A stretch of DNA of 64,000 nucleotides from the human T2T-CHM13v2.0 reference genome, Homo sapiens: NCBI RefSeq assembly GCF_009914755.1, contig NC_060944.1; one strand, written 5' to 3'. Below, piece after piece: positions 48,203 to 64,000 of the stretch. The translations under genes and the position numbers were made by a program. Below the pieces are notes generated by a model. The model ran no database searches. It was not told the origin of the DNA and was given only the letters and a program-made list of their open reading frames with translations. Positions within the stretch are counted from its first letter, which is position 1, and each line of letters starts with the position of its first letter.

Positions 48203-49315
48203 TCAGTAACTGGTCAAATTTGACAAACTTTTCCTTTAGAATTTCTTGTATTGTTTCTAAGCTTCAGAAGTCTTCTAACCCCTAGAGGTTTAATAAATAT
48301 TCATTTTTATATTCTATTTGTGAAATTTAAATATATTTAATTTTAATCCCTCAGAAGTTCATTTTGATTTTTAGTAGAGGTAAGAGTCTATTTTTTGTCG
48401 AAATTAGCTACTTATCATCCCAGTACTGTGCTTTTCATGATGCATTCTTTCTTCCCTGATATTGGAAGACTCTTTAATCTAACAGCAACACTTTAATCTA
48501 ATAGGGCCATCCAATGTGTCCAATTGGTCTGCCTACATTTCTGAACAGCCTTTAAGGCTGCAGGCTCTATATGGAAGAAAAACTTGCTCACAGAATTCGT
48601 TTTCTGAGCCATCTGACCAAAATACCTCACATAGTCTCTGTCCTAGCTCCCAGACAGACTGGTTTTGAGGCTGAGACCAGGCAGAGTGGTGGGCCTGCCC
48701 TCTGCTCTGGTGTTGCACTGAGACGAGCTGTGCCTTGGCCACAGGGTAAAGGCTAGGGGAAACCCATAGCTACCATCTTCCCCTTAAGGTGAATGGGAAG
48801 TGTTGGTGCAGACTGGTGAACTTAGAGGATTGTTATAGGACAGTGGAACTTTTATGGAGCTGGAGAGGAAGTCTGGGTGTGTGAGGGAGGAGGGGCTAAA
48901 CTCTCACGGGGAAAGTGAGCCATTTCTCTCCCTCTCTGGCTCACTTACAATCCTGTCCATGCTAATGTGTATGCTGAGCCTCATCAATACCACAGGATGC
49001 AGCTCCTTTCTGATTTTTCAGTGGGTGAGCCTTGAGCCCCTGGACCTGGAGGCCACCCAAGAGGGGCCACTGGAGGCCTTCTCAGCCTGCTTTATAGTCC
49101 TCTTTAGGGTGAATGAATTGGGCATGGGGAGCTGCTGGCCCTTCTGACCAGAAGCCCTTTCTAGGTAAGCCCTTTACAGAGCAGTGAGGTTGATGAGGCT
49201 CGTAAGCGTCTTGAGAATGCCCAGGCCTCTCCACGACCTCCCTCCCTGCCTGCCTCAGTGGCTGTGCTGGTTCCTGACATACTGCCCTGTGGTAGTGGAG
49301 GGGAGAAAGGAGTTA

Positions 49316-49537
<222 letters not shown>

Positions 49538-52500
49538 TCAGATTCCAATGTCCTCTTGTACAGCAGTGTGGTAACTAGAGGCCAGTATCAGTAGCAATTA
49601 CGTTATGCGATTTGTATGCTGAGCCCTGTGCTCTGAGGAAGCCAAAGTAACCTCCCAAAGCCTCAGAGGGAAATGAGGCATCAGATGCAGTCTTTGCATA
49701 AGAATTAGAAAAACAAGTGAATAAACTATCAGCTAATGGGGAGAAGCAAAATTCACATTACCTTATGGGTATCTTCCACGGAAACACACTAAAAAAGACT
49801 TTGGGTATATCTGCTCCATTACTGAGTTTACAGATTTTCCTTTCTTCTGCTTTGCCAGAAGCTGGCTCGGCCCTAAAGAGACCACATCCCTCACTTAGGG
49901 CCCGAGAAGGAGCACTTGGGTCTCAGCTGAAGACTGGTGAAGGGAGCTTAAGGTCCCTGTGCCCAGCAACAGAACATTTGAGTTAGGTAATGAGTAAGTT
50001 CTACAGACACTGGGGGGCTGCTCTTCTGTAGTTCACAAAAGCAAGATGGGTGACAGGTGGACATGGATGTGGGTTCCTCGGAACAAGGATTCAGGTCTAA
50101 GGAGAGCTGTTGTTTCCTGGATGGTCAAGGTCATATGGAGCAGCTCAGTATAGGCCCTAGGGAGCAGACCATGGAAAAGATGGACAACTAAGATGACAAA
50201 GATTAATGCTGGGCCTGGGCTTGCTTTGGAGACACAAAAGCAGCACCCAAAGCACCCATAAGACTCCTAGGTGAAGCTGCTCTCTGGGGCTGGTCCAAGC
50301 TGAATCTTCTATTCCTGTAACAGCTTTTCTTTCCATGTTTCCGCATATAGAGGGAGATGAAGTAGTTCTTAAAGCTCAAGGCACAGGTTTGAGTTTATTG
50401 TCATTAAGACCTCACTGCCAAGGCAAAGGCCAAGAGATAAATAAGTGAAATTGATTCCTTAAGTTGTAGCTCCAGAAAAGCAGTGCAAAGCTCTGGAGGC
50501 TGGAATGACAAGAATAGCAAAGGCCAGGAGTCTGAGGGCTGCCTTCACATCCTGGGTGAGGAATCTGGAGACTGCAAGCTTTGAGGGCTTCCTGAGGAGG
50601 TGAGGTTTCAGAAGGAAGGGAGGGGCCTAGTTAGTATGTGTTCACAGGGGACAGGAGAAGTGAAGGGAGAAGGAGGCAGTTTTTAGGTACAAGAAGAAGA
50701 ACTGGCACCTGCCTCTCATGGAAGAACCAGATGCCCCGTCAGAGGGACATGCCAACCTTACCATCTGTGGCAGCCACAGCCAGCGACTATCTAGGTTCAA
50801 GCTCTGGAAACCTCTACCCTCCAACAAGTAGCCTGGCTTTCTGTGCACACTGCCTTTTCCTGAGGCCCTCTGAAAAGGAGGCTAATCATGCCCCAGCCTC
50901 ATCCTGTACCAACCCTAAAGTTCCTCCATGCTGCTCCCAGGCCAGTCTCCCCAACACCACAGCATGTTACTTTCATTCCCCTAGAGACACAAGCCCCTCC
51001 CTCTACTGCTCACACCTACTGCCCTCCTGACCATGCCATATTTCAAATCACTCTGAATGTGCTCAGTCTTCCCTTCCAATGCCAACACTCCCATTCCTTC
51101 TTAGAGCAGTAAAGCTGCACCCAGAATGTCATGACTTCTGAAATCTCCAGCCCAGCAACTACTCTCTGACTCCAGCACCCCATCCCCCTTTTAGCTGTTT
51201 CCCTCCCCACACCCCATCCTCTGATGTCACTGAGCCTTCACAGTCATTGGTATTCGCATTTTCCCCTATTGCTCAGAAATTTCTGATATTCTTCTCATCC
51301 ACATCAAGGGCAGATCCTCTGGGACAGGACTTAACCTTTAATCTTTGTTCTGTTAAAAGAAAGGAATGGGAACAGGTTTCACGCAGTATTTACTAAGCAC
51401 CACACATGTCATACATTATAGTTTTCTGTTTTCACAATTGTAACAGGTGGTATTATTTTTTCTCATAGGACAGATGAGAAAACTCAAGCTTAGAGAGATT
51501 TCCCCCAAAATCACAGCATTACTTGGTGGTGGAGCCAGGTACAGAACACAGGTTTGTCTGATGCCAAAGACACTATACCATGCTGGTGCCTTCAGTTCTC
51601 TCATGTTTTTTTTCTTTCAATTCTCCCCTGTCCAAAGCCCAGCTGTGGTGAATCTGTAGATGTGCCTTCTCTGCTCCCTCAACCACAACAGGCCACAGTG
51701 CTGCCCCGTAGCCTGTTCACTGCTGTCTCCCCACTCCTTCCATCAGCCCACAGAGCTCATCCCAGACCTTCAACACTCTCCTAAAACCACAACCCCACCA
51801 ACTCCTGCCACAAGATGACTCTACTTACTGTTTCCAGAGATAAGAGGGCTCCATAGGTGTCACGAGGTAGAAACTGCTCCTGCTGCTGAGTGGTTAGTAC
51901 CTGCACCCTTCCCTGTCCTGGGTATCCCTCTACATTTGTACTTTTGAAGTGAACCTTTTTAGAAACAAGTCCAGTGCCACTTGAAAGGCCTCCTGGACAA
52001 AGCTCAAAATCCTGAAGCTTCCAGAAAAAAGCACAGATTGGAGAAGCTGGCACATTCCATTTACTCAATAGGAAGATGGGAAAGGATGAGCGAGGTCATC
52101 TCCAGCATTTCCTCTCCCACTAGACTCTGAAGCCTCAAAACAAAATGGAAAAGAGGAAGACAAATTCACAAGACAGTGCTGGAAGAGCTCATTATGGGGC
52201 ATGAGCCAAGGCAAGGTCTCAGTAAACAGGATCTGATTTCAGTACTGTCCTGTGATCTGTCCTGTGATCGCAGCTGCCCCTTAGCCTGGCTCTATGAGCA
52301 GTAACTCTGCCATTATTCTCAGAGCACACATGAGATAAGTGAAGTGACTTACTGGGTGGCCCAGTGCCTGTGCTCTGGTCTCAGATCCTCATCTGCTTGA
52401 AGCAATAACCCTTCTGGTATCTGCTCTGGACTCTTGACTGTCAGACAGTGGTCTGAGGGCCATACCTTTGCAGGGGTTCACAGGGGCCAGGGCAGCCAAC

Positions 52501-53239
52501 TCCTGAGGAGATCTCCCTGACTCTTTGTGCCATCCTTGGTGTCCTTAGTGGATGAACTCTGTCCTTCCTTCTCCATTCTGTAAGTCTGAAAACCCAGGAT
52601 AAGAGGAAGTTTCCCATTATTGTCCCAAAACCAGGAGGACTGCAGTTTGGTTGTCTTTGATTGAGCTCTGTATCCCTGGAAGTCCAACAAAAGAGGGATG
52701 GGCCCTCAGGGTAAACCAAAATACCAAGCAAATGCCAAAGAAGAATTTCGCTTTCCTCTTTCAGAAAACTGGCTGTACAAATAAAAATCTTCCAACAGCC
52801 CAGTCTATGTGAGGAGGGAACATTTATCACTGCTGGGGAAATTTATGATGCAATGGCTAGATGATTTTCATCCTGTGTCTATAAATGTGTGTGAAATGTA
52901 CACACAAGGTTTAAAAAAAAAAAAAAAAAAAAAACTAAAGCAACAACTACAAAACCCAGATGTCTATGAACTCACCACTGGGCCTAAGAAATTGAGCATT
53001 ACTAGCACCGTTGAAACCCCCTGGATGTCCTTCCTCAATGAGAGCCCTTCTCTTCCACCCAGGGGGAACAGCATCCTGAATTCTGGATGGTTTTACCACA
53101 CTTGAATGTATTTGTAAACTGTGTATTACTTAGTTTTGTCTGTGTTTTTATATAAATGAAATCCTAATCATGTATTCTTCTGTGACTTGCTTACTTCTCC
53201 TGACATTCTGTTCCTGAATGTGACCTATGTTACAAGTAA

Positions 53240-53503
<264 letters not shown>

Positions 53504-53801
53504 TAGTCTCGAACTCCTGACCTCAGGTGACCTGCCCGCCTCGGCCTTCCAAAGTGCTGGGATTACAGGTGTGAGCCACCGTGCCAGACCAAAACCTTCA
53601 TTTTTAAAGTGTCCCTCCAGCCAGGTGCGGTGGCTCCCTCCAGCCAGGTACAGTGGCTCACGCCTGTAATCCCAGCACTTTGGGAGACTGAGGTGGGAGC
53701 TTCACGTGAGGCCTGGAGTTTGAGACCAGCCTAGCCAACATGGTGAAACTCCATCTCTACTAAAAAAAAAAAAAAATTAGCCAGGTGTGGTGCCACATGC
53801 C

Positions 53802-54382
53802 CACATGACTCCTCCTCCATGCATACATGGTAGGGGCTAAGCTCTCTGGTAGCTCTTATAAGGGCACCACATCCCAACAGACCTTGTCCCACATTCATGA
53901 CCTCATCTAACCCCTATTTCCTTCCAAAAGCCCCATCTCCAGATAACATCACTTTTGGGGTTAAGGCTTCAACACTGGAATTTTGGAGAGGACACAAACA
54001 TTCAGTCTCTAATGTGATAAGGCAAGTTCCCACCTTGTTTTTCTTCTTCAGGAGTATCTTGGCTGTTCTTAGCACTTTGCTCAAAGTTATTGACATTTTT
54101 ATGTTGGCTTTTCAGGATTTTCAAAAAACTTGTTGGTTTTTTTTTTCCTGAAATTATGTTAAATTTAAAGATCACTTTGGAGAGAATTGTCATTTTTACC
54201 ATGTCAAGTAAGTAAACCTGAGTTTTCCAGTCCATGAATGGGATGTGTGTTTATGTCATTTTTAATGCCTTTTAGTATAGTGTTATAATTTTCTCAGCCT
54301 CCAGACTGTGAGAAATAAATTCCTACTGTTAATCCACTCACTCTGTGGTATTTTGTTATGGCATCCCAAGCAGACTAAGTCA
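53802..54382. mobile_element. MLT1A-type MaLR LTR split into oppositely oriented halves (5' half minus 53802-54014; 3' end plus 54295-54382) around a minus-oriented L1 piece
   Basis: Reverse complement GACTGAATGTTTGTGTCCTCTCCAAAATTC...; forward cagcctccagactgtgagaaataaatt...ggtattttgttatggca...actaagtca. Confidence 0.75.
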
Positions 54383-57245
<2,863 letters not shown>

Positions 57246-57555
57246 CAGGAAGTACTATTCTTTTCATCTGTAAGTAATTGCTGGGTGAAAAATCAGAAGA
57301 CCTGTACTATCCTCCAGACCTGGACTACCCTCTAGATGCTGCCATTAACTTGTACTACATCTCAGTCAGGGTGAGGGGGCTTTAAAAAAAAAAAAGTATG
57401 GAAAAAATAACAACTTGCACAACATCAGGCGAGTTTTCACCTTCTATGGGACTCAGGATATGAAGATCAATAAAGATAATGCATCCTGAGGAGCTGAAGA
57501 TAAGTACCTTCAGGGGATGGGAACAGATAAATTTCAAACTCATCACAGTCCCAAG

Positions 57556-57732
57556 TAAAGGCAGATTTATAAAGACAAAGACACTAAAGACACTTGAACT
57601 TCAGGACCCCTTACCTGCCCAAGTCCCCTTCTAAGGCTCTAAGAAGAGCCCTAATCATTTTGTAGTATTTTCCTCAAGAGAGTCCACAAATGGTACAAAC
57701 TTCAAGCCCCACAAAACCTACATCAGCTCCTG
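57556..57732. mobile_element. MER53-like hAT MITE
   Basis: ggcagattta...cttcaggacccc...aacttcaagccccacaaaacctacatcagctcctg resembles recalled MER53 consensus. Confidence 0.55.
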
Positions 57733-58699
57733 ATCTGAATCCCAAAGTGGTAAAATGCTTATCCACAGGAAGGGGAGACTCCTGTTTAAATTCTCTGCTT
57801 CTATTCAATTTCCCTGCCTCAGAAAACCATCTCCTAATTCAAACTAGATTCCCCTCAGCAACAAAGAAAGTTTAAAATTTAAGTTATCAAAAGACTATGA
57901 CTAATAAGCCTCCAGAAATCCCTGGCTGTGCCCTTTATCTTGCACAGAGACCTTAGGATACACTGAATCTTGCTGGATAACTCAATACAATGCAAGACTA
58001 TTTTTCTAACAAGGCCCTCTGCTAAGAAGGTGCAAACTAATTTTGGCAAATATCCCGGCTAAATATTATAATTGGCTCAAGGATGACACAGCACAAACCA
58101 CCTCTGTGTTGTGCCTACAATCTGCTTTCAAAACACTATGCAATCTTGCCTCAAGGCTGGTAGTATTACCACATACTCCCTGCCTTCAGCAAATGTTCTT
58201 AACTCCTGGGTTCTCTGCACCAGGATCTGGAGAGGCAGAAGTGCAGGGACAGATGTGTTAACAAATGCCATTACCACTCCAGCAGTATGTGGATAGAAAA
58301 CCAGAACTCCTTGTGCTTTGTCTTCTGTGTGAATGAAGGGGCAGAAGCTGAACCAGTGATCTGAGAACAGGGAGAGGAATTTGCCACCGGATAGAATATT
58401 TTCAACAAGAAGAACAAATCATCCAGAAAGGGGATTTGCTTAGTAGAGGTTGAGGAATTTGTAGAGTAAGTCAGAACTCCTCCCTCACATAAAGGCTATA
58501 TTCAACAGGGAAAGAACAGGAGTCATAAGAAAATGTTATTTTGAGGAAGCCAAAGAGGAACTTGCAGTAAATCCCTGTAAAATCCATGCAAGACCAACAA
58601 GGTTTTTGAGGATTTCATATGAGCAGAAACACTGCCAGTTTGGATTGAAAGGGACAGATAACATATAAAATTGAAGGAGACTGTTGGACCCTCAAAATT

Positions 58700-59693
58700 C
58701 TACTGGCAAGAGGCAGGCTGTTAAAACTGCTCAGCTACAAACAAAGTACTACCTTTCACTGAAAAAGGAAGGATGACAGCGGTGTAGCTATAAGCTCAGA
58801 GGGTGGAGCCATGAGCCCAGAGCAAACCAAGAGCAAACAGGGTAGAACCAAGAGCACCGAGGCAGAGCTGAGAGCCAGAATTATTCCCAGGCCTTGAAAC
58901 CTTATCAAGGAACTGAAGTCTGCCCAGCTGAATTTCAAAGCTGCCATGGGCTGGTGACTCCTTTTTACCTTCTGTTTTTCCTCTTTGTGAACCTGAAGTC
59001 TATGCCAGTCCCACCTTGCATGTTGGGAGGGCTGCAGGCAGATGACTTGTCTCTTTAGTTTCGTAGGTCCACAGACATGGAGAGAACTATGTTCAGGAGC
59101 TGTAGACAGATTACACTCCCAAGCCTCATTTACATGGGACTTAGATGAGCTTGATCATGAGATTTTAGATATTTAAGCCCATGAGATTTAGGACTTTGAA
59201 CTGTAGCCATAATGGGATGAGACCCTTGGGAGGAGGTAACAAGGGACATGAATTATGGGGGGCAGAGGGTGGGCTGGGATAGGCAAAAACTTGACATGCT
59301 GATAGCCGAAGAGGAATTAGAGAGACTCAAAGTGTGTGAGAGATTCAATACAAGAAGGTTCTTTATAGCTGAGATGGAGGGGGTCACAAGAGCAAGGACT
59401 TCTGGGAGGAGGAGCTGAGAGGATCCCTGTCTGACAGCCACCAACAAAATGGGGACCTCATTCCTACAAGCGAAAGGAAACAACATCCTTGCTGAGATTG
59501 GGAGAAGATTCTTCCCCAGAGGCTCTAGATAAGAGCCTAGCCTGGCTGATGCCTTGATTTTGACCTCAAGAGATCTGGGTCCAGCCAAGCCTGCCTGAAC
59601 TTCTGACCTGGAGAACTGTGAGATAATAAGAGGGTGTTGTTTTAAGCTACTAAATTTGTGGTCATTTGTTACACAGCAAGAGAAATGAATCCA
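58700..59693 (+). mobile_element. MLT1 (ERVL-MaLR) internal 3' region, polypurine tract and MLT1E-like LTR (59275-59693)
   Basis: PPT ggggggcagagggtgggc then TG; LTR end gaactgtgagataataa...ttttaagctactaaatttgtggtcatttgttacacagcaa...CA. Confidence 0.75.
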
Positions 59694-59980
59694 GCTTCTG
59701 TTTAGGTCCACAAATTCTATTTCTGGAAATGCTGCTGCCCTAGCCCATTGAGAGAGCTAACTAACCTCAGGCAGCAACAAAAGGACCAGGTACAGTTCTG
59801 TGATCAGCCCTTCCTAGCATAAATTTCCTCATCTACAAAGTGGGTGGGTCGAGAGAAAAGCTGTAGGAAAACATTTCTGTACCACAATTGTGTTCAAATA
59901 GAAGATGTATTATTAATTACAACACCCATGCTGACATCTGCAAATGAGGGACCCAGACATGGCCAAAAACATTAAAGTCA

Positions 59981-60166
<186 letters not shown>

Positions 60167-60693
60167 TTATGTCCGTCTACAAAAGCTGAGTCAGGCTCAG
60201 ATATGCCCAATGTATTCCATGGCCTTTGGCATTGTCTGGCTCTTTGGCAGTTACTGGCATCCTTGATTTGTGCTGAGAAAAAGAACATTAAGATTCTCTC
60301 TGAGTCCAGGCATCAAAGCCCGCAATGCTTGTTCATGTTCCAGTGGATTTATTTCCTTTGTGAAAACAGAGGCAGCTTCTCCTTGGCCTAAAGCCTTGAT
60401 GTCTCAGCTCTACATGTCTAGGCCAATCTGGGATCTGCTTTTAATATTATGGGGAGATTTTTAAAAGAACACCAGAAGGCCCTGATGGAATAAAGAATCC
60501 CTCTAATTGTATCCCCCATAAATGGTTATTTCTAAAGCTCTGCTGGGAAGGGGAGGAATGCAAATAGGAAGTGAAGACAACATAGTGCAAGTCTTTTAGA
60601 TTAGTAGTGAGATGAAGCATTTTAATACCTTTATGAATTGCTTACATTATTTTTTGATATAATGTTCACACTGAGAATAAGAAGGCTGCTTAC

Positions 60694-60744
60694 CCTCACT
60701 GCTTGCTGGGTTTTCTCAGACAATTTTACTTCATTATCTTCCAC
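60694..60744 (-). CDS. DNAAF9: DNAAF9 coding exon (51 nt) VEDNEVKLSEKTQQAVR
   Basis: ggacacag|GTG...AGG|gtaagc, phase 0/0. Confidence 0.88.
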
Positions 60745-61630
60745 CTGTGTCCAAAAGGAATGCAGATTTTCAGTCAACTACTTCAAGGGAAAACCCTGCT
60801 AGGTCTCCCCACTGTGTTCAAATATTTCCAGGACACTGGCTGGACAGTCCTTCCACCATGTCCATGTCCAGTGCTCTCAGGCCCTGACACACCTGAGATG
60901 TCTGCTGGTCACCTGGGCTCAGAGCCCAAGGCCTTGGTGGGCTCTCTCACTAGGACCTGAGGTCCAGCTAATGAGCTTATGACAAGCAGAGGGGATGTGT
61001 TAGTCTCCACCTGTATTTCACTTCAGAAAAAAACAACTGTTTTTAGGGATGAAGCAAAGATAATGTATTAAAATATTTTCAGATTTAAACACGTTTAGGT
61101 TAGAGGATAACTCTCGGTCTTCCCTGTCTGTGTGGGAACTGTAGAAGCAGAATGTGAGCACTCTCAAGAAGGGACTCAGCCCATTAGCAGACTAACTGCT
61201 GTCACACCTTTTACATTCCAAGGCCCCAGTTTCAGACCAAGTCCCTCCCACTGCGGAAGATGGGACTTTTCTACTAGCAGAGAGATGTTGCAGTAAAAAC
61301 TCCGTAGCAACCACTCTACCAGGGAAGCAAGTCACGGGATCCACTTCTCATGATTTGTGTGACCTTGGCCGGGCCGTTCAACTCCTAAGCTCAGTTTCCT
61401 CATTTGTAAAATGAGGCTCTTAATTTCTTCCTTTCCTAATTTAACAGTGACCCACGTAACTTTGTTCCTTTCTTTTGAAACTTTTCTAAGATTATGAGAG
61501 TTAACGGAACTATGTTCATTTGTATAAAGAGAAAGGGCTGGGATCAAAAATTCCATTCCTGAACAACAGCTAGTTCAGGACCTGACATCCCACCAGGGGC
61601 CCAACAAAGAGGCTCTTCCTCAAGTGTTCA

Positions 61631-61786
<156 letters not shown>

Positions 61787-61824
61787 CTACCAGCTCAGCC
61801 TGCCTTGCAGGCCCCAGACCCTAA

Positions 61825-64000
<2,176 letters not shown>

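Noticed and set aside
59253-59711. 152-aa ORF
   Set aside because: Antisense translation of an MLT1 LTR.

Overview
Primate genomic DNA, almost certainly human because it carries a human-specific AluYb8. It is very Alu-dense (roughly 65 Alu copies, plus L1M/L1PA, L2, MIR, MaLR LTR and hAT MER remnants). The window lies entirely inside one minus-strand gene that I recognise as DNAAF9 (C20orf194, Shulin orthologue, chr20p13). I traced 19 consecutive coding exons (63302 down to 165; 1916 nt, about 639 codons, all phases compatible, no stops). They encode an Spt16-like PH module followed by a catalytically degenerate COG0523/CobW/YjiA-type GTPase and a CobW_C domain; start and stop codons lie outside the window. 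One intron is GC-AG. Intron 39578-41808 holds a processed UBE2F pseudogene that appears to be a fossil of an unusual mRNA: exon 1 spliced to an Alu-derived cassette exon and then to exon 3, with the ATG exon skipped. Other oddities are an AluYb8 29 nt from a splice acceptor, a locally templated duplication forming an inverted-Alu cassette, an apparent ~0.5 kb inversion splitting an MLT1A LTR, collapsed inverted Alus and an Alu-tail (AAAG)17. Almost all ORFs in the supplied track are Alu read-through artefacts. Gene and repeat names come from recall, not database searches.
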